Positions 18,524 to 28,248 are shown, numbered from the stretch's first letter. The stretch is 64,000 bases of DNA from Thermotogota bacterium (GCA_036743375.1 DAINPP010000002.1:74757-138756); one strand, 5' to 3'. The notes: generated by a model not told the origin, from the sequence alone. Made by a program: numbers and translations.

Positions 18524-19483
18524 ATGAAGAAGATGTCAATTCCAACCCTGTTAGTTTTATTGGGAACACTAATGTTATTCCTCTTTCCCGTACTCTCGGA
18601 TGATCTTTATCTGATAACCGTCTTTGCCATCGCCTTGTTATATGCCGTTTATGCGGCAAGCTGGGATTTGCTCTCGGGATTTACCGGAAAGGAGAATTTT
18701 GGTCATGCGGCCTTTATTGCGATAGGTGCCTATATGCTGGGATTCATTTCACAACATTTTGCGATCCAGCCTTATTTATCCATCCCGATTGCAGCGGTCT
18801 TATCCTTCATTTTCGGTATTTTAATCGGTCTGCCGACACTGAGATTAAAGGGGCCATATTTTGCCCTGGCAACACTCGCTGTCGCAACCATCATGGAGAG
18901 ATTAACATATTCTCTCTCTGATATCACCGGTGGTGAAGATGGTCTGTACGGAATCGAATTCCTGACCGGCGATGAGACCTCATCGTTCTATTTTGTTCTT
19001 ATTTTTGCAGTTGTTGCCATATACATTCTCTATCGTATAGGAAAATCCAATTTTGGCCTGACGTTAAAGGCCATAAAATCGGATGATGATGCGGCAAAGG
19101 CCCTGGGAATATACACCGATCGGTTCAAGGTACTGGCTTTTGGAATCAGTGCCATGTTTGCAGGAATCGCCGGAACCATTTCAGGACATTATTACAGCTA
19201 TGTCGGGCCGGATATCGTTTTTCCACTCTCACTCAACATCATCATCATGTGTGTGGTTGGTGGACTTGGAGGCATCATCCCGGCTGCCCTCGGCGGGTTT
19301 GCCCTTTCCTATCTCTCGGAAATGCTCAGGGATTTTGGCGAATGGAATCAGTTGATCTACAGCGGAATCCTCATGCTGACGGTCATATTCCTGCCCCGCG
19401 GTGTCTTTAATATTATAGGTGATCTGTTCAAGCGTTCCAAAGACTCCCCGGTAGAAATGATCAGCAAAGAGGTGGAAAAATGA
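18524..19483 (+). CDS. Branched-chain amino-acid ABC transporter permease (LivM-like)
   Basis: Polytopic protein with ...AASWDLLSGFTGKENFGHAAFIAIGAY... A strong SD (GGGAGGGGAAG) precedes the ATG. Confidence 0.8.
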   Translation: MKKMSIPTLLVLLGTLMLFLFPVLSDDLYLITVFAIALLYAVYAASWDLLSGFTGKENFGHAAFIAIGAYMLGFISQHFAIQPYLSIPIAAVLSFIFGILIGLPTLRLKGPYFALATLAVATIMERLTYSLSDITGGEDGLYGIEFLTGDETSSFYFVLIFAVVAIYILYRIGKSNFGLTLKAIKSDDDAAKALGIYTDRFKVLAFGISAMFAGIAGTISGHYYSYVGPDIVFPLSLNIIIMCVVGGLGGIIPAALGGFALSYLSEMLRDFGEWNQLIYSGILMLTVIFLPRGVFNIIGDLFKRSKDSPVEMISKEVEK

Positions 19484-20232
19484 GTATTCTCAACATACAG
19501 AACTTATTGAAGCAGTTTGGTGGACTGAAAGCGGTCAACGAAGTGAGTTTTGAAGTCAATCAAGGAGACAGAGTCGGTATACTCGGTCCAAACGGTGCGG
19601 GAAAAACGACTTTGTTTAATCTGATCACCGGGTTTATCAAGGCCGATTCCGGTTCGGTCACCTTTCAGGGAGAAAACCTCATCGGCATGTTACCTGAAAA
19701 GATCGCCAATATGGGACTCGTCAGAACCTTTCAGATCGTCAAACCCTTTAAGGAAATGACGGTGTACGATAATCTGAAAATCGCAACACTCTCAAATAAG
19801 ATGAAAAGGGAAATAAAAAGTGAACATGAGAGAAAGGTCTGGATAGAGAAAATAGCCGAGATGTCAGAACTCTCACATGTTTTAGGTGTAAATGTAGACC
19901 TTCTTCCCCACGGATACCTGAAAAAGCTCGAAGTGGCGAAGGCCTTAACGGCTAATCCTACGGTCATTCTCTTAGATGAACCATTTGCCGGGCTAACCCA
20001 TCAGGAGATTGATCCGATTTCCAGGGTCATCATGCGTGCCAACGAGGAGAACGGCACGACGATCGTACTGATCGAACATCGTCTGAAGGAATTTATGAAA
20101 CTCGTGGAAAGAATCGTTGCCATTGATTACGGTGAAAAGATAGCCGAGGGAACCCCAACGGAAATCATCAACAACCCGAAAGTCATAGAATCTTATCTTG
20201 GTAAAGGAGGTGCTGATCTTGTCAATTCTTGA
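19480..20232 (+). CDS. ABC transporter ATP-binding protein (LivG-like)
   Basis: Walker A GPNGAGKTT, signature LPHGYLKKLEVAKA, Walker B ILLDEP. Overlaps the upstream permease stop. Confidence 0.85.
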   Translation: MSILNIQNLLKQFGGLKAVNEVSFEVNQGDRVGILGPNGAGKTTLFNLITGFIKADSGSVTFQGENLIGMLPEKIANMGLVRTFQIVKPFKEMTVYDNLKIATLSNKMKREIKSEHERKVWIEKIAEMSELSHVLGVNVDLLPHGYLKKLEVAKALTANPTVILLDEPFAGLTHQEIDPISRVIMRANEENGTTIVLIEHRLKEFMKLVERIVAIDYGEKIAEGTPTEIINNPKVIESYLGKGGADLVNS

Positions 20233-20932
20233 GCTTAATCAAGTTACTTCCGGTTATGGTTCTGCCATCGTACTGGAAGAGTTATCATTGACAATTGAGG
20301 AAGGCGAGTGTCTTGCCGTTCTTGGCCCAAATGGAGCCGGAAAATCTACCCTTTTAAAAACGATAACCGGTACGGTTGTTCCGAAGAAAGGAACAATTCA
20401 TTATCTCGGAGAAGAGATAACCGGATTGGACACCTATAAAATTGTCAGAAAGGGAATTTCTCTATCACCTGAAAATAGGAGACTTTTCAGGGACTTGAGT
20501 GTAATGGAAAACCTCACACTGGGCGGATTATACGGCCAGAACAAGGAAAACATCGATCAGGAAATCAAAAGGGTTTTTGAGATTTTCCCGAGACTCGAAG
20601 AAAGAAAATCACAGCTTGCCAATACGATGAGTGGCGGAGAACAGCAGATGGTTGCCATTGCACGTGCAATGACTTCAAAACCCAAAATACTGCTGCTCGA
20701 CGAGCCTTCCATGGGACTGGCACACATCATCAAAGAGCAGATCTTTGAGGGAATTCAGAAGATCAAGGAACTCGGCATGACGATTCTCATCGTCGAACAG
20801 GACGCAACGATGGTCATGCCTATTGCGGATAAAGTGGCTATTCTTGAACACGGCAAGATATTAAAGGAAGATACGCCGGAAAATATTCAGAAAGATAATT
20901 ATATCAGAGATGCCTATTTGGGTGTTGGATAA
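20219..20932 (+). CDS. ABC transporter ATP-binding protein (LivF-like)
   Basis: TTG start 9 nt after an AAGGAGG SD. Walker A GPNGAGKST, signature MSGGEQQM, Walker B LLLDEPS. The ORF track gives a longer frame from 20198. Confidence 0.8.
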   Translation: MSILELNQVTSGYGSAIVLEELSLTIEEGECLAVLGPNGAGKSTLLKTITGTVVPKKGTIHYLGEEITGLDTYKIVRKGISLSPENRRLFRDLSVMENLTLGGLYGQNKENIDQEIKRVFEIFPRLEERKSQLANTMSGGEQQMVAIARAMTSKPKILLLDEPSMGLAHIIKEQIFEGIQKIKELGMTILIVEQDATMVMPIADKVAILEHGKILKEDTPENIQKDNYIRDAYLGVG

Positions 20933-20961
20933 GTTTCAATATCATTTAAGGGAGGATTAAT

Positions 20962-22191
20962 ATGAAAAAGATTTTGTTAATGGCTTTATTGGTAACCGTT
21001 ATAGCCGTCAGTTCTTTTGCGGCAAATGTTTGGAAAATTGGTGTTGTCGGGCCATTCCAGCAGGAAACAGGGGAATGGATCAAACAGGCTGTTGAAATGG
21101 CCGCAGAAGAGATCAACGCCGATGGTGGAATTGCCGGAAAACAGATAGAATTAATTTTCCAGGACAGCGAAGCAAAGGCAGAAAAGATGATCACCGCCAT
21201 TCAGAAACTCTGTACAAGAGAAAACGTAGATTTTATCATCGGTGGTATGAGCAGCGGAGCCGTACTCGGTGCGATGGACAGATGGGCAAGATACAAGACG
21301 ATCTGGCTCGGAACGGGGGCAGCTTCTATCGATGTAACGGAAAAAGTAGGGCAAGACTATGACACCTATAAATATTATTTCAGAGTCGGAACGCTTGATT
21401 CCATCGCTCAGGGAACCGCAACCGGTGATTTTATCACTAATTATCTGAGTCCCAAATACGGAATCACAAAAGCGGCTATCGTAGCGGTTGATCTGGTTTA
21501 TTCCAAGGGAATTGCCGAAGAAGCGGCCAGAGTTTGTGAGGAAAATGGTGTAGAAATTGTTTACAGAGACTATTTCCCTAGTGGCACAACCGATTATTCC
21601 GCTACATTTAAAAAAGCTGTTGATGCAGGGGCACAGGTCATCATCAATTCTATCGTAACGGATGATGGTATCGCTTTTGTCAAACAGTGGTATGATCTGA
21701 AAGTGAATGCGGCTATCGTTGGACCAGTTGGCCCTGCCTTAAAACCTGAGTTCTTTGAACAGACCGGCGGAAAATGTTTATTCGAAACATCGGCCTATCC
21801 CAATGGCGGACCGGCTCCATTAACGGAAAACACCATGGCTTTCGTGGAAGAACACGTCAACAAATTTGGAAACAACCCGGGATTTATTTCCTATCCGGCT
21901 TATAATGCACTTTACGTCTTAAAGGAAGCGGCAAAGGATGTAAAAGACATCAACAACACGGATGAATGGATAAAGGCCATAGAAAAAGTAGAATTCAAAC
22001 TCGGTGGAGACTTGGGTGTTGCACCGGTCGTATTCGATGAAAAACACAGTCTGAAATACGGTGGAGACGGCGCAAGAGGTATTATCTTCCAGTGGCAGGG
22101 AGAAAACGCATGGGAAGCCGTTTATCCCGAAGAATATGCGACAGGGGAATGGATGGTTCCCGAATGGATGAACTGGGAAGAAGTCAAATAA
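20962..22191 (+). CDS. ABC transporter substrate-binding protein (branched-chain amino-acid/Leu-Ile-Val type, family 4), secreted
   Basis: Signal peptide MKKILLMALLVTVIAVSSFA, then a periplasmic-binding-protein type I fold. It is the last gene of the liv-like operon. GGGAGG SD upstream. Confidence 0.8.
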   Translation: MKKILLMALLVTVIAVSSFAANVWKIGVVGPFQQETGEWIKQAVEMAAEEINADGGIAGKQIELIFQDSEAKAEKMITAIQKLCTRENVDFIIGGMSSGAVLGAMDRWARYKTIWLGTGAASIDVTEKVGQDYDTYKYYFRVGTLDSIAQGTATGDFITNYLSPKYGITKAAIVAVDLVYSKGIAEEAARVCEENGVEIVYRDYFPSGTTDYSATFKKAVDAGAQVIINSIVTDDGIAFVKQWYDLKVNAAIVGPVGPALKPEFFEQTGGKCLFETSAYPNGGPAPLTENTMAFVEEHVNKFGNNPGFISYPAYNALYVLKEAAKDVKDINNTDEWIKAIEKVEFKLGGDLGVAPVVFDEKHSLKYGGDGARGIIFQWQGENAWEAVYPEEYATGEWMVPEWMNWEEVK

Positions 22192-22208
22192 GATTCTCAA
22201 AATAATCA

Positions 22209-22241
22209 AAAAGGTGCACTTTTATAAAAGTGCACCTTTTT
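22209..22241. terminator. Bidirectional terminator between the convergent liv SBP gene and the zinc-ribbon gene
   Basis: aaaaggtgcactttt / aaaagtgcacctttt, palindromic with A and T arms. Confidence 0.75.
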
Positions 22242-22248
22242 CTATTTT

Positions 22249-22503
22249 TTATTTCTTCCAGCGCTTAAGGGTGGGAAGGGTCTCCTGCATGAGTTTTCTG
22301 GCCTCTGCCTCTCCCATTCCCCCTTTGACCATAAAGGGAACACAGATTTCAACCATCCCCTCCATCGTCGGATTGGAGGTGAATTCCCCCTCCTTGTAGC
22401 AGTATACGCAGTAATCCTTATTGACTGAACCGTCTTTTTCCGTTCCGTATGATTCTTCATTTAAAGGCATTCCGCAGCTCTGGCAAAATTCCATTTTTTC
22501 CAT
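22249..22503 (-). CDS. Small zinc-ribbon domain protein (84 aa)
   Basis: CQSCGMPL...YCVYCY gives a CxxC...CxxC pattern. AGGAGG SD upstream. Confidence 0.55.
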   Translation of the reverse strand: MEKMEFCQSCGMPLNEESYGTEKDGSVNKDYCVYCYKEGEFTSNPTMEGMVEICVPFMVKGGMGEAEARKLMQETLPTLKRWKK

Positions 22504-22608
22504 GATAAAAACCTCCTGAATAGATTGTTGTTGTCTGATTTGTTACCTTCATCATCCACAATGAGATTCTATTCCATATACCTGTCAGGTCTTGTCATGT
22601 TTAAATCT

Positions 22609-24306
22609 TCATTCGACTTGATCCAGAATCTCTCTGATGCTGTTCTGAATATCAACCGCTTTCCGATCGGATTCTTCCTTGTCTTTACCGTTTGTATAAA
22701 CGTAAACCTTGATCTTCGGCTCCGTTCCCGAAGGCCTGACGGCAAACCACGAATCATCCTCGAGGATGAATTTCAGTCCGTTGGTCTTTCCAACATCTAT
22801 CTGATCCTGATCGAGGAAATCTATCTTTTCCTTAACCCCCTTCCCGGCTACTTCATCTGGTGAATTTTCCCTGATGGCAACCATCATTCGGTTTATCCGT
22901 TCCTTGCCTTCAATCCCCTCAAGTACGATTGAGAAAGGATCTTCCGTTGTATAACCGACTTCTTCAAAGACTTCATACAGAACATCCTTGAGTGATTTCC
23001 CCCGCGTCTTATAATACGCAGCGGCTTCGGCAAGGAGCATGGAAGAGATAACGGCATCCTTGTCTCTGACAAACGTTCCATACACATAACCGATACTCTC
23101 TTCATAGCCGAAAAGGAACTGATACTCTCCCGTCTGTTCAAATTTATTTTCCTTGCCGCAGATATTTTTAAATCCCGTAAGTGATTCAACGGTGGTAACA
23201 CCATATTTTTCGGCGACATGCTTTCCGAGATCCCCGGTCACGATGGATTTGATGATGACACCATTTGAAGGGATCTTTTTCTGCTCATCCAATGCTTCAA
23301 GGATATACTTGATCAGCACGGCACCCGTCTGGTTTCCGTTGAAGGCCCAGTACTCTTCACCGTCTTTTACCATAACCGCCAGTCTGTCACAATCGGGATC
23401 TGTTGCGATGAGCACGTCTGCATCGATCTTCTTTCCGAGTTCGATGGAATATTTAAAGGCCTTCGTGTCTTCGGGGTTCGGATAACCTACGGTCGTGAAG
23501 TCCGGATCGGGATTTTCCTGTTCAGGCACTACCGTCACATTCGTAAAGCCTCTCTCTCTGAGCACCCTTCTGACCGGCATGTTTCCGGTTCCGTTGAGCG
23601 GCGTATAGACGATTCTGATCGCCTTATCGATCCCGTCATCTCTGAGCGCAAGCCCCTTGACCTTCTCAAGGTAAATAGTGTCGATGTCTTTTCCTATATA
23701 GGTGAGAAGACCTTTTGCAAGGGCTTCTTCCTCATCCATACATTTCACATCCGAGAACTGTTTGATCTTCCTGATCTCATCCTGTATCGGCAGGGCAATG
23801 TTGTCGAGAATCTGTGCCCCCTCTTCCCAGTAAACCTTGTACCCGTTATAGGCCTGAGGATTATGGCTCGCCGTGACAACGATTCCCGAGATCGTCTTCA
23901 GATGTCTGACGGTAAACGAGAGCTCAGGTGTTGTCCTGAGAGATTCAAAGAGATAAGCCTTGATTCCGTTCTGAGCGAGTACAAGTGCAGCGGTCTTTGC
24001 GAAGACATCGGAGAAATGCCTGCAATCATACGCAATGGCAACCCCTCTTTCCATGGCCTCGTTTCCATGGGCCTTGATCACCTCGGCCAGTCCCTGTGTG
24101 GCTCTCATGATGATATACCGGTTCATCCTGTTGGTTCCGGCACCGATCTTTCCCCTGAGACCTGCCGTTCCAAATTCAAGTTCCGTATAGAATCTGTCCT
24201 TTATCTCGTCCTCGTTTCCCGCAAGTGCTTCGAGTTCTTTTTTAGTCGATTCATCAAAAAAGTCATTTTCAAGCCAGTCATTGTATTTGTTCTTGTATTC
24301 TGCCAT
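22609..24306 (-). CDS. Alpha-D-phosphohexomutase (phosphoglucomutase/phosphomannomutase, PgcA-like)
   Basis: Active-site phosphoserine loop TASHNPQAYNGYKVY, metal-binding DPDCDR and sugar-binding GYEESIG. Confidence 0.85.
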   Translation of the reverse strand: MAEYKNKYNDWLENDFFDESTKKELEALAGNEDEIKDRFYTELEFGTAGLRGKIGAGTNRMNRYIIMRATQGLAEVIKAHGNEAMERGVAIAYDCRHFSDVFAKTAALVLAQNGIKAYLFESLRTTPELSFTVRHLKTISGIVVTASHNPQAYNGYKVYWEEGAQILDNIALPIQDEIRKIKQFSDVKCMDEEEALAKGLLTYIGKDIDTIYLEKVKGLALRDDGIDKAIRIVYTPLNGTGNMPVRRVLRERGFTNVTVVPEQENPDPDFTTVGYPNPEDTKAFKYSIELGKKIDADVLIATDPDCDRLAVMVKDGEEYWAFNGNQTGAVLIKYILEALDEQKKIPSNGVIIKSIVTGDLGKHVAEKYGVTTVESLTGFKNICGKENKFEQTGEYQFLFGYEESIGYVYGTFVRDKDAVISSMLLAEAAAYYKTRGKSLKDVLYEVFEEVGYTTEDPFSIVLEGIEGKERINRMMVAIRENSPDEVAGKGVKEKIDFLDQDQIDVGKTNGLKFILEDDSWFAVRPSGTEPKIKVYVYTNGKDKEESDRKAVDIQNSIREILDQVE

Positions 24307-24381
24307 GTTCTACCCCCTGATTAAGATTTTATCGTATTCTCTATATTATGCCATATTCTTTCACCGAATAAAAAGGCTTCC

Positions 24382-24412
24382 AAAAAAAAGAGACTTACGA
24401 ACACATCGTAAG
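24382..24412 (-). terminator. Intrinsic terminator of the small 37-codon gene (minus strand)
   Basis: On the minus strand: cttacga-tgtgt-tcgtaag, then tctcttttttttgg. Confidence 0.6.
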
Positions 24413-24441
24413 CCTCCAATTTCCTTTTAACTTGTTATTCG

Positions 24442-24555
24442 CTAAAAGGCCCTGAACAGGAAGTAGTTCAGTTTGTGTTGCGAAAACAACTCATCATAAG
24501 TTCTGAGTGTCTTGTCTTGTTTGTCAGCCTTTTTGTAGAAATTATTTTTATCCAT
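24442..24555 (-). CDS. Candidate small protein gene (37 aa: MDKNNFYKKADKQDKTLRTYDELFSQHKLNYFLFRAF) with its own promoter, SD and terminator
   Basis: Absent from the ORF track because it is under 60 aa. GAGGAG SD 6 nt upstream of the ATG. A TTGACA-N17-TATATC promoter at about 24585-24613 (minus strand) and a hairpin plus T-run terminator at 24382-24412 (minus strand). Confidence 0.35.
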   Translation of the reverse strand: MDKNNFYKKADKQDKTLRTYDELFSQHKLNYFLFRAF

Positions 24556-24667
24556 GATTATCTCCTCTTTATACGTATCACAATCATGATATAATCCGCA
24601 GTAACCTACATGTCAAGAAGACAAAACAAGCAAATACTGTAAACATTTTTTGAAAACGTACAGCTGA

Positions 24668-25846
24668 CTACATGATGTCACATTCTTTCACAACACCCTC
24701 CATTTCCTGAAAATGTGCAAAGGCTTCAAGTGTCTTGTCAATTTCCCGCTTCATGGCCTCTGTTTTTCTGACACCGGACTGCCACCACCAGTTTTCCACG
24801 ATCAGCCGCTTGCTTTTTTTATCTCTTTTCGCTTCAATTCTGGCGATAAATTTATCTTTATAAATAACAGGCAGCACATAATAACCATATTCCCGTTTAT
24901 CCTTTGGGGTATAGATTTCCCATCTGTATTTAAAATCAAAGAGGGCTTCCACAAGATTCCTATCCCACATGATATTATCCAACGCTGCAATGAATGAACA
25001 GCTTGATCTGACAGTTTTAACCGATTCAAGCAGCTCTGCGTTTTCTGTCGTGATATAGAACGGCTCATTGATTCCCTCAATTTCGACTCTTTGAATAATC
25101 CCTTTTTTCTCAAGGCGCTCGAAAGTCTCGTTGCGGTTTTTGGCTTTGAAATCCAGTATCCCTCCAAATGCGTCACTGCTCTTATTCCACATCAAACCGA
25201 TACCGTTCAGTCTCCTGTGAAGATGCCAGTCCAGATATTCTTCAATCGTTTTATTGGGATCTTCTGCTGTCAATAAATCTGAGGGAATAAGATTCTCTGT
25301 AAAATCAAAATACCGGATGGTTCTTTCTTTTCGCTCAACGATCAATTCACCGTGAAAAAAGAGTGTTTCCAGTACCGCTTTTCCCACATGGGCCTTAGAC
25401 CAGAACCAGTTAATCTTTTTATCCATCTTCAAGTCTTTTGACGACAACGGCCCTTTTTCCCGGATAGTATTCCGAACCGCTTCGACAGCATCTGAATATT
25501 CTCCGGCTTTTATCTTCCGCCATTCGGAAACCTGCTCTCTCTTTCTTTTGAACAGATGCCAGTCTCTGATATTGTAAATCGCCATCTGCTTGTCAAGGCC
25601 ATCCACCAGTCTTCTGTCCTTGTAAAGCAAGTCCCACAGCATCTGAGGGTTATAATCTTTAATCCTGGATTGAAGCACCAGATCCTGATTGATCCCAATC
25701 ACATCAACGGGATCAAATTGTATACATCCCACTTTGTCGATGTAGTTCATGATATCTTCTTTTGTTTTCCCCGTTTTGTGGATTCCGTGGTATTTGATCA
25801 GGAATCTTCCTGCCTGATTTTTTGTTGTTTTTATCATTTGCTTCAC
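24668..25846 (-). CDS. Winged-helix DNA-binding protein of the YcaQ/AlkZ-like (DUF1006/HTH_42) family, a putative DNA glycosylase
   Basis: 392 aa. The N-terminus ...NQAGRFLIKYHGI resembles the A-R-R-F-L-L-x-x-Q-G-L start remembered for this family. The size and lack of other motifs fit. Confidence 0.5.
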   Translation of the reverse strand: MKQMIKTTKNQAGRFLIKYHGIHKTGKTKEDIMNYIDKVGCIQFDPVDVIGINQDLVLQSRIKDYNPQMLWDLLYKDRRLVDGLDKQMAIYNIRDWHLFKRKREQVSEWRKIKAGEYSDAVEAVRNTIREKGPLSSKDLKMDKKINWFWSKAHVGKAVLETLFFHGELIVERKERTIRYFDFTENLIPSDLLTAEDPNKTIEEYLDWHLHRRLNGIGLMWNKSSDAFGGILDFKAKNRNETFERLEKKGIIQRVEIEGINEPFYITTENAELLESVKTVRSSCSFIAALDNIMWDRNLVEALFDFKYRWEIYTPKDKREYGYYVLPVIYKDKFIARIEAKRDKKSKRLIVENWWWQSGVRKTEAMKREIDKTLEAFAHFQEMEGVVKECDIM

Positions 25847-25954
25847 TTCTCTTTTTTGGATTTCCCCTTTTTTATCCCTGAAAAGAATATAGTCTCTTTT
25901 TTATATCATTTTCTTAATTGTTTTTATCCCGAACCCACCCCATCACTACGTGGT

Positions 25955-26083
25955 CCCCCCCGCCCAAAGCGGGGATTCTGCTCTTGGAAGAAAAACATAA
26001 TTCCTTACTTTATCTTTAAAATTTAATTACATCTTATTTGGTCAAATTCACATTTGTCTAATCCCCGCTTGGGGCGGGGGGGG
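25955..26083. repeat. Two GC-rich palindromic hairpin units (23 nt each, mutually reverse-complementary, one mismatch) separated by 82 bp of AT-rich spacer (REP-like pair or one long intercistronic stem)
   Basis: cccccccgcccaaagcggggatt at 25955-25977 and aatccccgcttggggcggggggg at 26060-26082. Each unit is itself a ccccgc/gcgggg hairpin. Confidence 0.6.
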
Positions 26084-26107
26084 TCTTGAGAAAATTACAC
26101 AAACAAA

Positions 26108-26494
26108 TTACTTTCTCTTTCTTATTTCAGCTACTTCAGCAACAAAATCTCTCAAAGATTTCAAAACAAGTTCTATATTTTGTTTCACATCGATATCACT
26201 CACACGAAAAAATACAATCCCAAGTGATTCTAATCTCTTCTGACGTTTTTTATCTTTTTCTACTTTAAAATCATGAGTACATCCATCAATTTCTACAGCC
26301 AACATCAACTCTTTACAGAAAAAATCAACAATATAATGGTCAATTGGTTTTTGTCTGTTGAATTTATAACCTAACAATTTTCGATATTTTATCTCATTCC
26401 TAAGCAATACCTCAGACAGAGTCGACTTCTTCCTCAGCTCCTTCGCCAAAGGCAGTGATCGCTTATCATAACTTAAAACCCGTTCCTTCTCCAT
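26108..26494 (-). CDS. DUF559 endonuclease-like domain protein (Vsr/restriction-endonuclease-like fold)
   Basis: LRKKSTLSEVLLRNEI...LGYKFNRQKPIDHYIVDFFCKELMLAVEIDGCTHD...RLESLGIVFFRV matches the DUF559 pattern as remembered (...GxKFRRQ...YIxDFxC...L.IExDG..H). Confidence 0.65.
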   Translation of the reverse strand: MEKERVLSYDKRSLPLAKELRKKSTLSEVLLRNEIKYRKLLGYKFNRQKPIDHYIVDFFCKELMLAVEIDGCTHDFKVEKDKKRQKRLESLGIVFFRVSDIDVKQNIELVLKSLRDFVAEVAEIRKRK

Positions 26495-26553
26495 TAAACA
26501 CCTTCAAAAAAGGGCAAGTCATAAGACCTGCCCATATTTTCAGTATTTATTTC

Positions 26554-28248
26554 TTACCACTTGGAATCATCGATTGCTTCTATACTCTTTTCTATCCGTG
26601 CAACGGATTCGGCAACCGTTCCGTCGACAAACGGATTCTTTATTTTTGCCACTTCAAGCAGCTGAAGGAATGGTTTTGACCCGCCGGCATTACAGAGATC
26701 CTGATAATCTTTCCATGCCTGTTCCCTGTCTTCGTTCATCTTGTTGTAGAACTGGAAGGCACAGACCTGAGCCAGTGTGTAATCGATGTAGTAGAAAGGC
26801 ACTTCAAAGATGTGGGACTGTCTGAACCACATGGTCCCCTTCACATAGAATTTGTTGTCTTCGTAATCCCTGAGTGGAAGATATTTCTTTTCAATTTCTC
26901 TCCATTTCGCCTTTCTTTCATCCGGTGTTGCCTCGGGATTTTCATATACGAAATGCTGATACTCATCCACCGAGACACCGTAAGGAAGGAAGAGTATTGC
27001 TTCGGAGAGGTGTGAGAATCTGTGTTTCAGCATCTCATCTTCGAAGAAAAGCTGCATCCACGGATAGGTGAAGAATTCCATACTCATCGAGTGAATTTCA
27101 CACGCTTCGAGTGTTGGCCAGACATATTCGGGAGCTTCATAATTTCTGCTTGAAAATACCTGGAAGGCATGTCCCGCTTCATGGGTGAGTACTTCTACAT
27201 CCCCTGCCGTCCCATTAAAGTTTGCAAAGATAAACGGTGCCTTGTAATCAGGCAGGAATGTACAGTATCCGCCGCCCATCTTTCCCTTTCTGGCGAGAAC
27301 ATCAAACAACCCGTGTTCTGTCATGAATGTGAAGAAGTCTGCCGTTTCCTTTGAAAGCTCATCATACATCCTCAGGCCGTTCGCCATGATCTCTTCCGGT
27401 GTTCCCTTTGGATCGGCATTTCCCGAAGTAAATTTCAGCGGTTCATCGTAATATCTGAGTTTATCGTAGCCGAGTCTTGCCGCCTGTCTTTCAAGCAGCT
27501 TTGTCGCTATCGGAACAACGGACTCGTATACCTGATCTCTGTATCCCTTAACCATCTCGGCGTTGTAATCACTTCTGCCGAGTCTGATGTAGCCCAGTTC
27601 GGTGAACGTTTCATAACCGAGTTTCCTTGCCATTCTCGTTCTGACCTTGACGAGATTATCATACAGTTCATCCAGTTCTTTTTCATGGGCTTCAAAGAAA
27701 CCTGCATAGGCTTCATAAGCTGCTTTTCTGATCGTTCTGTCCTTGTTCTGGAAATAAGCTCTCATCTGTGAGAGATTTCTTTCCTCTCCGTCAAACATGA
27801 TTTTGGCCGAAGCGATGAGTTTTGTATGATCTGAACAGAGCTTGTTCTCTTCCTGAAGATCTTCGATGATCTCCGGTTTAAAGGTTTTAAGTTCCATCTC
27901 AGCGATGTTGAAGAGATGTTTTCCCCATTTTCCCTCGAGTTCTTTTCTGAACTTCGATTCAAGGATCGCCTTGTAATACTTGACGACGAGTTCCTGAAAA
28001 AGTGGCTGCGTCTGATCGAAGTATTCCTGCTCCGCTTCATAGAACTTGTCTTCCGTATTCACATCGTATCGGATATGACACAGCGTTCCCATCGTTTCTA
28101 CCGTTCTTCTGAGATCGTTTAGTTCTTTCATGATTGCATTCTGCTTTTCGGCCGTTTCCGCCACTTCAAAATCCGCAAGCAGCTTCTCGAAATCCATTTT
28201 GTAGGTATCAAAATCCGGTCTCTTGTACCCAAATTCTGTAAATTTCAA
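26554..28248 (-). CDS. pepF: Oligoendopeptidase F (M3B family zinc metallopeptidase)
   Basis: HEXXH zinc motif HEAGHAFQ and a downstream E (EACEIHSMSMEF). 564 aa. TTG start with a GGGGGTG SD. Confidence 0.8.
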   Translation of the reverse strand: MKFTEFGYKRPDFDTYKMDFEKLLADFEVAETAEKQNAIMKELNDLRRTVETMGTLCHIRYDVNTEDKFYEAEQEYFDQTQPLFQELVVKYYKAILESKFRKELEGKWGKHLFNIAEMELKTFKPEIIEDLQEENKLCSDHTKLIASAKIMFDGEERNLSQMRAYFQNKDRTIRKAAYEAYAGFFEAHEKELDELYDNLVKVRTRMARKLGYETFTELGYIRLGRSDYNAEMVKGYRDQVYESVVPIATKLLERQAARLGYDKLRYYDEPLKFTSGNADPKGTPEEIMANGLRMYDELSKETADFFTFMTEHGLFDVLARKGKMGGGYCTFLPDYKAPFIFANFNGTAGDVEVLTHEAGHAFQVFSSRNYEAPEYVWPTLEACEIHSMSMEFFTYPWMQLFFEDEMLKHRFSHLSEAILFLPYGVSVDEYQHFVYENPEATPDERKAKWREIEKKYLPLRDYEDNKFYVKGTMWFRQSHIFEVPFYYIDYTLAQVCAFQFYNKMNEDREQAWKDYQDLCNAGGSKPFLQLLEVAKIKNPFVDGTVAESVARIEKSIEAIDDSKW

